Below are positions 1-12,100 of a stretch of DNA of 64,000 bases, piece by piece. The notes under the pieces were generated by a model. It ran no database searches. It worked only from the letters and a program-made list of their open reading frames with translations, and was not told where the DNA came from. A program made the translations under genes and the position numbers. Location: positions 124,001 through 188,000 of IMG/VR virus record IMGVR_UViG_3300049855_000348; one strand, 5' to 3'. Numbering within the stretch: the first letter of the stretch is position 1; every line of letters begins with the position of its first letter.

Positions 1-167
1 TACTCCAGGAGTGTCATCGATGGGCTGATAGAGGCACCGGCGTGAAGCCTGCGGATGCACTCCATGGCGACAATCGCCCCATGCGTGGCATAGGCGATGT
101 CGTCGTTTTGGTACTTGTTTGCGATCGTCTTCCGAGGCGAGCGCCAGTGGTCTTGAGTGAACGGCAT
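1..167 (-). CDS. Truncated ORF running off the left edge (MPFTQDHWRSPRK...SMTLLE); possibly a class I SAM methyltransferase
   Basis: ATG at 167, 11 nt after the giant gene's stop; open to position 1. It ends ...TLLE-TA(x), i.e. TLLEY, which could begin a motif I of the L-[DE]-Y-G-C-G type. Partial sequence only. Confidence 0.5.
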   Translation of the reverse strand, partial: MPFTQDHWRSPRKTIANKYQNDDIAYATHGAIVAMECIRRLHAGASISPSMTLLE

Positions 168-177
168 GGTCTATGAA

Positions 178-3100
178 CTAGGCGGCGACTGCTTTCACGA
201 CAGCGAAGTTGATGACGGGGGCATCGGAGGCAGTGCCTGCGATTGATGCGAACGTGATTCTGAACGATCCAGCCGCGACAGCCGACACACAGGCGATGTA
301 AGTGTTGGTGCCAGACTTGACCGAGACAACAATCGTGTCAGTTGCTGCAACGGCTGAGTTGGTAACCGTGAAAGAAACCCAAGCATTCAGGGTCGGAGCA
401 ACGGTGAACAGAGTGATTGCACCAGCAACGGTGTTGAGGGTAACGCCGGTGGTTCGGCTGGTGATCTGGGTAACCGCACCACCAGCACCGGTCGAGTAAC
501 CGATACCGGCAGTGGCGTTGTTCGAGAGGACCGCACCGTTGAACTGCGAACGACCAGCCTGCACCCAGAGAGCGTAGGAGTTGGTCAGGGTTGCATTGGT
601 ACCAGCGACAGGAGCACCAGTGATCGCAAAGGTGGCTGCGCTGGTGATGGTCGATGTACCAACGAAGGCGTAGGTTGGAGCAGCTACTACGAAGGCACGC
701 TGAGTCGTGATGGCACCAGTCGCCCACTGCACCGTGCGATCCAACGAGAAATTTACATCATGGATTTCAGTTGAAGCAGTAAGAGAGGTATGAGCGCCAC
801 CAAGAATAATGAATGCTTGCTGTGGCGACCCTGTTCCAGCCGGTTGTGTAATCCTGATGCTTCCATCAAACTGCGAACGACCAGCCTGCACCCAGAGAGC
901 GTAGGAGTTGGTCAGGGTTGCATTGGTACCAGCGGCAGGAGCATTGTCGATGGCGAAGGTAGCTGCGGTAGTGATCGTTGAAGCACCGACAAATCCATAG
1001 GTCGGAGCCATGATCAGAACGCAACGTTGCGTTGTTAGAGCACCAGTGTTGAATTGTTGTGTTGCTGAAAAATTGAAAAGGACAGAGTTGTATTCCGTTG
1101 AAGCTAGAGCCCCTGTATGCGCCCCACCAATAAGTCTAAGCATTGGGGTTCCACCACCAGCGGCAGTACCTGCACTTTGTGTAATCGACCAGCCGCCAGC
1201 CCCCTGACCTGCACCACCTTGATTATGAATAGTTCCAACAATAGCACAGTTGAAGGTCCAGGCTCCAGATGTTTGAGAAGTTAGTGTTCCGCCTTTTCCA
1301 CCAACACCGTTTCCAGCGATAAGCGCATCGGTGTTGACAGTGAGTGTTCCGCCGGTGGTAACAGGACCATCAAGCTGAGTTTTTCCACTCTGCACCCAGA
1401 GAGCGTAGGGGTTGGTGATCGTTACATTGGTGCCAGCCGCAGCAGGACCTTCAATAGCAAAGGTCGCAGCCGTGGTGATAATCTGACCGGCACCAGAGCA
1501 AGCATAGGTCGGAGCCGAGATGAGCACCGCACGCTGTGTGGTCGGTGTCGTCGTCGCAAACTGAACAGTGCGGGCAAGGTTGAACCAAGCGTCGAGCAGT
1601 TCGGTCGATGCTGGAGTGAGGGTGTGGGCAGCACCGTCAAACCGAATGGCCAGCATGTTTGCCGCAGTGCCAGAAGCGATTGCTGCCGGATTTATGAAGA
1701 TCGTATCAAGATAGACCCTGCCGGCTATACCAACACCACCAGAGATGACAACAGCACCAGAGGTCTTGTTGGTGGAAGCGGTCGTGTTGGAGAACGTGTT
1801 GATACCAGAGAGGGTCTGCGTCATTCCTCTCGTGACGAAAGTATCGTTGCCGGTCACTACTGGCAGGGTGAAGGTTCTTGAAGAAGTCTGTGCTCCGGTG
1901 TCAAACGTGGTGAGCGTATTACCAGTGTGATTGTCGACCTGGAAGTTTAGTTGCTTACCAGGAGCAACGTTGCCAGCGATGACGAAGTTGGAGTCCGATA
2001 CCGTAACACTTGTCGCTGAGTAGAAGTTTGCCTGCCCAGAGGTTGAAGAAATATCAGCAAGAGTGCTAATGCTGGCTGTGCTTAGTGTAGCCGTTCCAGT
2101 GACAGTGAGATTACCCTGGAGACGAGTATTACCTGCCTGCACCCACAAGGCGTAGGCGTTGGTAATCGTGGCATTGGTGCCAGCCTGCGGAGCATTATCG
2201 ATGGCCACGGTTGCAGCCGTGGTTGCTGTGCTGGCACTGGCAAAAGTGATGGTCGGAGCCTTGATCGAAAAAAAACGCTGAGTGGTGAGTGTTCCTGCTG
2301 CCCATCTCACCGAACGGTTCAAAGCAAAGTTCACATCCGAAACTTCGGTTGATGCCGTGTTTCCAGTCGCAGCACCGTTTGCTGCGCCGATAATCGTGAA
2401 AGTCTCTGGAGTACCACTGCCCTGCGCTGTCGGAGCAAGGGTCAGTCCGTCTATTGAACTGTAGAGTAGTTCGGAGCTACCTTGAATCGTATTCACACCG
2501 GATCCAAAGGCGATTTGTTCGGCTGAGATCGAGCCACCAATGGTACCAGATCCGAATGGACCAACGGTAGAACTGTTGATTCGCGCAAAGAGACCTGAAG
2601 TGGTCGTCCACACATCACCGTTCACCGGCGAAGTTGGAGCGGTACCGTGCGGGAGTCGGAAACCAGAAACAGAAGTTGTCGATGCGGCAGTACGGAGAAG
2701 ACCACTCTCAATATCGAGAGCGACCGAGGTCGTTATGGTCGCATTGGTTCCAGCAACTGGAGCACCACCGATACTAACCGTTGCGGCAGTTGTAATCGTC
2801 GAGGCACCGACAAAGGCGTAGGTTGGCTGTAGGATTCTGAAAGCACGCTGAGTCGTCAGCGCACCAGTCGCCCACTGAACGGTACGCAAGAAGTCCCAAC
2901 GTACATCGTTGACTTCTGTTGATGCCGCATTGTTGGTGTGATTTGCACAATTCAGCGAGAAGGCAACCGGCGCACCTCCAGAAACTGCTGGTCTGTTGAA
3001 TACGAGACCGCCATTGACGGTGTACGTCAAATCGGCAGAGCCACTGATGGTGTTGGTTCCAGAACCGATGGCCAACTGATCAGCCGCGATCGAACCACCA

Positions 3101-6100
3101 ATCGTACCACCACCGGAACCGAACGGACCAACTGTAGTGCCATTGATCCGAGCGAACATGCCAGCAGTGGTTGTCCACACGTCACCATTGGTCGGCGATG
3201 ATGGTGCAGTTCCATGCGGAACACGAAGACCGGCAACGGTTGTGGTCGAGGCTGCGGTACCAAGAAGACCAGACTCAATCCAAAGTGCGTAAGAAGTGGT
3301 GATGGTAGCATTACTACCAGCAGCGGGGGCACCAGAGATCGCAACCGTCGCAGCGTTGGTGATCGTTGAAGAACTGACAAAGGCGTAGGTCGGAGCAGCG
3401 ATGCGGAAAGCTCTCTGAGTAGTGAGTGCGCCACCCGCCCATGTCTTCGTAGCCGACAAGTCGAAAATAATACTCGACGCTTCAGTGCTTGCCGTTTGGG
3501 CGGTATGCGCTCCAGCAGCTACCCGGAAGTCAGCAGTGGCAGCACTACTGTAACTCTGAGATACGATGTCGACGATGCCTTTGGTCTGCGATGCACTACC
3601 GCCGATGGTCATGCCACCAATGCCAACATAAGAGAAACCAATTCCGTCTGTGTAATAGATTCCAGTGCTGTTGCCCGGTGATGTGAAGGTGATGCCTGGG
3701 GCTGAGGCACTGCCATCTAGCGCGACGTATGGTACAAACGCTTGAACCGAACTGGTACTCGCGGTTAGCACTTGAGTGCCGGTTGCTGATAATCCAACAG
3801 CACCACCAGCATTATACATGCCGGTATCATTTGACGTGGGGCCAACCGAGTAAGTTGGGAGAGACGCTGATCCGTTAGGACCACCGTACTGACCTGCTTC
3901 CACTCGGATCGCATAACCACGTGTGATCGTGGCATTCGTGCCAGCAGCAGGAGCACCGGTGACTGACAGTGTTGCTGCCGTAGTGATCGTCGAGGCACCG
4001 ACAAAGGCGTAGGTTGGAGCACGAATAACGAATGCACGCTGAGTTGTCAGGGCACCGGTTGACCACTGGACTGTACGAGAAAGATTGAAGTCAACATCGG
4101 GAACCTCTGTCGATGCCGTGTTACCAGTGCTTGCTGCACCAACGATAACCAACAGTTTTGGAGTTCCGACACCGCTTGCGGTTGGTGCAATGTGTACTTG
4201 ACCAAGCGTACCTGAGCGATGTGGACCTCTAAAGTAGACTGAATCATCAAAGTTGCTGATTCCAGCCTGTACCCAGAGGGCGTAGGTGTTGGTGATGGTG
4301 GCGTTTGTACTAGCGACAGGAGCACCAGTGATAGCGAAGGTAGCGGCGTTGGTGATGGTTGAAGCAGCAACGAAAGAATAGATCGGAGCAGTAATAACAA
4401 AGGCGCGTTGGCTAGTGATATTACCAGTCGCCCATTGTACGGCTCTTCCCAAACCGAAAAGGACATCGATGACTTCTGAACTAGCTGATAATCCAGTGTT
4501 GGCCGGAGCGGTTACCTGAATCAATTTTGGTGTACCGGAGGTGGCAGCGACAGAAGGCGCAATCTCTAATTGACCGGTTGTAGCTGAAACCTGTTGGCCT
4601 CCGAACCCTACCTGACCGTCAAATTGTGAGCGTCCACTTTGTGCCCACATCGTGTATGCGTTGTTGATGATAGCATTGCTACCAGAAGCAGGGGCACCAG
4701 TGATGGCAAAGGTTGCTGCTGTGTTGATCGTCGAAACACCAACGAAGGCGTAGGTCGGAGCCTGAATCAGGAAGGCTCTCTGAGTCGTCAACGTACCTGT
4801 CGCCCATTGAACTGTACGATTCAATGAAAAATCAATATCTGGAACCTCGGTCGACGCAGTGATGCCAGTATTGGGAGTACCTACCACCCGAACAAGTCGT
4901 GGTGTTCCATTACCGGCAGCAGAGGTCGGAGCGATGTCGAGCATCGCCGTACTTCCAGTTACCACACCCTGTGAACCAGAGAGTAAAACTTGGGCACCGA
5001 AGCTGGAGATACCGTTCATGACCCAAAATGCGTAACGGTTAGTAATCGTCGCATTTGTTCCAGCGGTTGGAGCACCAGAAATAGCGAAGGTGGCAGCAGT
5101 CGTAATTGTCGAAGCGCCAACGAAGGCGTAGGTCGGAGCCTGGACAAGGAAAGCTCTCTGAGTCGTCAGCGCACCAGTCGCCCACTGAACCGTTCTGGCA
5201 AAATTGAAGTTCACATCGGGAACTTCAGTGCTCGCAGTCATGTTGGTGTTGGCAGCACCGGTGACGAGGAACGCAGTCTGAACACCTGTGGCAACGGCTG
5301 TAGGAGCCAATGTGAGGCCAGTAGTCGCGGTGTAGGTCAGAGTCGCAGAACCCTGAATGGTATTGGTTCCTGAACCAAAGGCGACTTGACCAGAAGCAAT
5401 CGAGCCACCAATGGTGCCACCGCCAGCGGTGTAGTTGACCGTCACACCATTGATGCGAGCGAAGAGACCGCCAGCAGAGGTAGTCCACAAATCACCATCA
5501 GTTGGTGATGATGGAGCAGTGCCGTGAGGAATGTTCAAACCGGCACGAGAAGTTGACGAGGCCGATGTCAGGACCGATCCACTGAAGAGCGATGGGTTGG
5601 TGTTCCCTGAGTAGATGGCGTAGGTGCCGGTGAAGCCGGTGGAAGATGGACCGATCAAAAGGGTGGCGTTGTTCGTACCAACGGTCTGATCAGCGAGGTA
5701 AGCTCCGATCGCACGAGTGATGGTTGAAGTGGAACCCAGGCTGTGTGCCAGAACCTGAACGCCTGCTACAACCGAGGCGGTGTAAGCTACTGCCGAGGTT
5801 CCGAGAGAAACTGAAACACCAACGACAGCAGAAGTACCACCAGATGTTCCGGTGAGGGTGATTCCAACAGCGGTCTGACCAACACCGCTCAGTGGATTGG
5901 TGGCACCAATGGCGATGATGTTGAGGGAGCTACCAGCACCACCGATGCCCATACGGCCAGCGATGGTTGCTGTCGTACCATCATAGGTGAAGTTCGCACT
6001 TCCCTGGATGGTGTTGGCACCGGAGCCGTAGGCGACCTGATTGGAAGCGATCGAACCGCCGATCGTTCCACCACCTGCACCAAACGGACCAACAGTAGAT

Positions 6101-9100
6101 CCATTGATCTGTGCGAACATGCCGGCAGTGGTGGTCCAAACATCACCATTAGTTGGCGATGATGGAGCAGTGCCGTGCGGAAGACGAACGCTTGAAATGC
6201 TGGTGGTAGCTGCTGGAGCGATGATGGTACTGACCACCGTCAACTGTTGTGTGCTTCCGAAGGTCGCCGCGAGTGCTCCATTGCCGGTGTAGATCTTGAT
6301 AGCATCACCAGCGGTCCTGGTAACCAGTTCCAGGTCACCAGTGCCATAGGCGTTGATTTGTTTGATCTGCGAAGCTCCACGGAAATCAAGCAAGTTTGCC
6401 GCACAGAAAGATGGAGCACGAACAGAATTTGAACCACCTGGGTCTGTTCCTGCGATGATGATGCCACCACCAATAGCAACGTTCGTCGCGGCAACACCAT
6501 TACCAACAGTGACCGAACCAACAGTCGAACTCGTTGCCGAGGTAGTCTCTGGGAAGTTGACAACTGTGACAGTCGAGCCAGAGCGTGTGGCTTCAAGAAC
6601 GCTTGTGGCGACGCTCAGAGCATCATCAACAGCACGAATGACGAAGACACCAGCAGAGGATGCGAGCACATCCCAGAAACGATTGTTTGCTGTTGCTGCA
6701 CCGTTGTTCAAACCAAGTCGCGGAATAGATGCTTGGACAGTGATGAGAGCGTCGCTGGTAGCGCCTGTGGTGTACGAACCACCACGAGCGTGAACGCCAC
6801 CACCAACGAAGGCATCACCGCTGATACCAACACCACCACTGATAATCACTGCACCAGTTGAGGTGCTGGTTGAAGCCGTGGTGTTCTGGAACGTGGTAGG
6901 GGCAGCCGTTGAGAATGTCACCGCACCATTGGCGAAGGTGGCGATGCGGGTGCCAGCCTCGCAGATGGCAACACCGCTGGCATAGGTGATGCCAGAGGTG
7001 TTGTTGGTGATGAAGCTGTAGGCTGGGGTTCCGACAGCGCCGCCGTCGGTAAGGAAGATGCGACCACCGGCGTAGATGTTTCCACCACCGATGCCCACAT
7101 TGGTTACGGCTGTCGTCTGGTCACCGATGATCAGAGCACCAGTGATGGTGTTGGTTGCAGCCGTAGTGAGTGTGCTGCGGATGGTCTTAGCAGCAGCTAA
7201 ACCACCAGCCACGAACAATGCGGCAGCGCCAGCCGTATAACCGGCATCAGTCGAATCCAGAATAGAAACTAAGCCAGCGAAGCTGGATCCATAGGTCGAT
7301 GCTGAATAGATGGCATAAGAGCCGGTGTAAACGGCTGGTGATGTGGTTGCACTGATCGTCAGGTAGGCGCGGTTGGTACCGGCATTCGGGTCGACCAAGG
7401 CAAGCTGGTGGACTCTCGTGATGGTTGAGGCACCACCCTGAACAATCGGGCTCGCCAAGAGAGTGACGACATCATTGCATGTGAAGGCAGAGTTCTGAGT
7501 GGCTGCGGCGACACTGACACCAACAACCATTGTGGTGGCCGCACTCGATCCACGAACGAAGACGATGTTACCACCCTGCGTGGTTCCGGTCAGGCTGTTG
7601 CTTGCCGAAAGATTCAGGATGTACGAAGCCGATGCAGAAGTACCGACACCCATGACGGTGCCAACGTTCGCTGCTCCGGCCACACCAAGACCACCAGCGA
7701 TCACCACAGCACCAGTAGAAGTGTTGGTCGAGGCTGTAGTGCTAGTGAAAGAAGAATCACCAGTGCCAGCAGCGATGGTCAGACGATTTGCGTTGGTGGT
7801 ACGAAGATTCAGAGCGTGAGCGGTAACAGTACCGACAACAGCCGTACCGGCGAATGACCCAACAGCAACTTCAACCAGATTCACCGTGTCATAGCAAACC
7901 AAGGCTGGATTGAAGGTGGTGCCGGTGGCTTCCAGATAGAGGGCTCCAGAAGTCACCGCAGGACTTCCGAGTGAGCCGTTCATCAAAACGGTAACGGCAC
8001 CACCAGTGCGCAACTGCTTCGCCACGCTGAGGCCACCGCTGAGAACCACCGAGGCGGTGCCAATCGCCGAGGCATCAGTCGTATCACTGATGACGACAAG
8101 ACCAGCACCCTGGGTGTAGATGGCACGATTGGTGCCAGCACCAGAAATCGGTTCGATTTCAAGAGCGTTGTAGGTGGTGATCGCACCACCACCTGAGATC
8201 TGAGGAGCGCCGAGGTAGATGCCACGTGCTGTAGCGATGACTCCAGCAGCCGAGATCGAGACACCACCCGCACGGATGGTGAAGGCGTTCGTCATGTTGC
8301 CGGCAGCGGTGACGGCGATGTCGAAGTTACCAGCTACCGCACCAGTGACCGTACCGGTACCGGCGTGGATGACGGATCCATAGACCGCACGCAGGCCAAT
8401 GGCTGCGGTGTAGTTGAAAGCGTTGGCGCTTGTTCTGACAATCGCTCGATTCATGACGCGATTGGCATTATTTGCCGTGAGCACCATCGTCACATCAGAG
8501 AGGAATGGACTTACATCAGCACCTGGATCAGTGATGGTCATGCCTTGGCTGATCGCACCTGTCAGACCGAGGGTAGAGCCATTCCAGGTAAGGTTTGCGC
8601 TTCCAGTGATTGTGTTGGTACCAGAACCATAAGCGACTTGGTTGGAGGCAATCGAACCACCGATCGTACCACTACCAAGCTGAACCGTCGCTCCATTGAT
8701 ACGAACGAAAGCCGCCGTTGTGGTTGTCCACAGATCTCCATCCACCGGCGAAGAAGGAACAGCGCCATGCGGAAGATTGAAACCAGCACCACCAGAGGCT
8801 GATGCTATCGTGGTCACCTTGTTCCCGAATGTCCACTTGTAGAGCGAACCAGAGATCACTGTTCCCGCTGAACTGTCTGCATCGAGGAATCGGTTAGAAG
8901 CAAGCGATGCAGTAACACAGGAGAAGAAGGCACGAGTGCCGGAAACATCATAAACGGTCGTCAACGCCGGAAGAGCCGCATAGGTGTCAGAGGTCAGGAA
9001 GATGCTGGTGTTGTAGCCCAGTGCTCCGACCAGTTGAAGACCTGCACGGGAGGTTGTTCCACCGAGGTAATTCTGAATCTTTGCAAGAATATCACTGTTG

Positions 9101-12100
9101 TCGGAATAGTTGAAATCGAAATAGCTGGTCGATGTCAGAACACCCGACGTGTCGATGGACATCGTGAGCGTCGAACTGCCTGGCATGAATCCGATGCCAG
9201 CGGTGGAACGGAATCCCATGGCATCCGCAGAAATGGCCCCTCCACCGCCAGACACAGCGGAGTAGTGGCCGAAGATAATAGGTGCCGTTCCACTCCTATA
9301 GAAAAGCTGATAAACGCCATTTGCCGAAGTAGAATCGACCTTGAAGATTTCTGAGTTCGCACCGCCCGACAACGTCAGCTTGCCGCCAGCGAAAATGTTT
9401 CCGCCACCGATCGCCACAGAAGTAGCCGCGACACCATTGCCAATAGTGATCGAACCAACAGTAGAACTCGTTGCTGAAGTAGTCTCTGGGAAATTGATGT
9501 GCGTGACAGTCGAGCCAGAACGAACGGCTTCAAAGGCAATCGAAGCGGTGTTCAAAGCATCGTTGAGAGCACGCAGTACGAACGTACCCGAAGAGGTTGC
9601 GTACGAATCCCAGAACCGATTGTCTACTGTGGCACCTCCATGATTCCAAGAGATACGCGGTGCAGATCCCTGAATCGTCAGTGCAATGTCGGAAGTAGAA
9701 CCAGAGATATAACTTCCACCACCGGCGTGGATACCGTTTCCAACAAAGAGATCTCCGTTGATGCCAGCACCACCAGTGACAACAAAAGCACCAGTGGTGG
9801 TAGAGGTGGAGGTGGTGCTGTTATCCACCAACACACTGTTCGACCCAGCGGTACCGGCGATAATATGCAGATTTCCATTTGTTTGTGAGATATATGAATT
9901 GAATGCTATGCTATCGGTAAACTGCAAAGTCGTATCGGCACCACTACCATTTGAGGCAATACGATGGATGATATTCGCACGAAGAGTCGTGCTAGTGGCG
10001 TTGACCTCATACACATTCAAACGACTTGTGGTGGAGGATAGAGAAACGTTCGGATCAACACCGATACGGACAAACAAAGAACCAATCGCAGCACCAGCAA
10101 CGATATTACCACCGCCGATACCAACGTTGGTTCCAACAGTTGAACCGTCACCGATATTGACAGCACCGGTAAGTGTTGTGGTAGAGGCTGTGGTACTTCT
10201 AATGGTGACCGTCTGTCCGGTGGTCTTGGCCACAGTGAAAGTGCTGTCAGCACTTACCGCAAGCAAACCATCACTAGCAGCGATGGGCAATGTACTTCCT
10301 ACCGTGACACGGAAGTCTGTTCCCGTGGGAACGCCGATGTAAATGTGGCCAGTAGAGAAAAATGTAGCGCCATCAACACTTCCAGGAGCCGGACCACTGC
10401 TGTGCGTGATGGTGCGCTGCGTACCACTGAATTCGATGCTGGTATTGACGGTCAGCAGTGATCCATCAAACGTCAGATTCGCCGATCCCTGAATCGTGTT
10501 TGCTCCGGATCCAAACGCGACTTGGTTGACTGCGATCGTACCACCGATGATGCCAGCAGCAGACAACGTCGAGTTCACCCACAGTGTGCCGTTGTAGCGA
10601 AGAAGATCACCGGTCGTAGGTGAGGTGATCGTGACATCCGAGATGTTGGTCAGAGCCGGCAGAACATCAACATTCACCAGGATCTTACCAAGCGTCGGGT
10701 GTGCTCTGGCAACGGTACCGATTCGGATCTGATTCGCTGGTGACGTTGGTTGCGTGGCAGTCAATGTTCCAGAAGTCGTGAGCCACAACATATCACCATC
10801 TGAAAATGCCGACGTGTTGACATCGCTGGCAATTCCACTGGTGACAACATAGCCATCCGAGTTGTTGGCGATGGGGACCGTCACGATACCGATGGAGCGG
10901 AAGCCAGTGGAGTTGGCGTTGGTGGCCAACGTGATATTTGGCCTGAAACCAGTCGCACCCGAGATGTAGACGACCTTTCCAGCCGCAATGGTTGAGCCGG
11001 TGCTATTTCTGACCAAGGCAACCGATTCTTGCCCCATGTGAACGACCTGCACGTCGTTCCAGTAAGTCATGGCGTTCTGGTCTGAATCGTAGTAGAATCG
11101 GCCCTCTGACAGAGCCGGAACCGAGGCACCGGTGTCCAATTGTCCGTAACGGAAGCTGACAGCCTTGGAGGTCGAATTGAAGGTGAACGTTGCGTCACCG
11201 GCAAGCGTGTCGAGAGCACTACCGTAGCCAATCTGAGTGGCTGCAAGAGTACCCAGAATCGTACCAGTTCCTGCCGGCAGATCCGCAGCCACCAAGGCTC
11301 TGAACGTTGGAACCGCTAAACCACCACTGGTTGGGCCAGCGAAGACAAGGTTGGCAGCCTGATTCGTCAGCGTGCCAGTCAACGTTCCCGAGGTGGTGAC
11401 TGGCGAGCCAGAGACCGAGAAGATCGACGGGAGTGACAGTCCAACCGAGGTGACCGTGCCACCACCTCCACCAGCACCGACAGCAACCCAGCCAGTGTTC
11501 CCAGCGCCGGATTCCTTGACGTAGAGAGTGGTCGACGTGCCGCCATCGGTACGCTGGAAGATGTCACCAACAGAACCAGTGACGACACCCTCAGGAGTGC
11601 CAGTGCCACGCTTGATGTTTTTGGCGATGATGACGCCGGCAGCGTTGGTAAAGTCCGTGCCATCGAAGGTCAGATTCGCCGAACCCTGAATGGTGTTCGT
11701 GCCCAGGCCGAAGGCCACCTGATTGGCTGCGATCGAGCCACCGATTGAGCCACCAGCACCGGCATCGAGTTGAACGGTCACACCACCACGGCGAGCGAAG
11801 ACACCAGTCGACTCAACCCAGAAGTCACCATCCTGAGGAGTCGAAGGGGCAGCACTCTGAGCGATGTTCAGACCGCCACGAGTTGCAGAAGAGTTGGCAA
11901 GGACACGACCAGAGACCTGTGCATCGCCGGTGATCTCGACGCCATTGACCGACACCGCCAAGCGGTCAGTACCCATGACAACCGTGACCATTTTCTCGGC
12001 AGCAACAGTGCGGTCGAAGTAGAAACCGATACGACTCGGCCCGCTATGAGCTTCGAGCCAGGACTTGTCGCCATCCGCCTGCGGAGCGGCAAAAGCGAGG

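Noticed and set aside
542-934. Repeat pair near the fibre C-terminus as a diversity-generating retroelement TR/VR
   Set aside because: The copies are identical with no adenine-specific mismatches, both lie in frame inside the gene, and there is no reverse transcriptase in the window.
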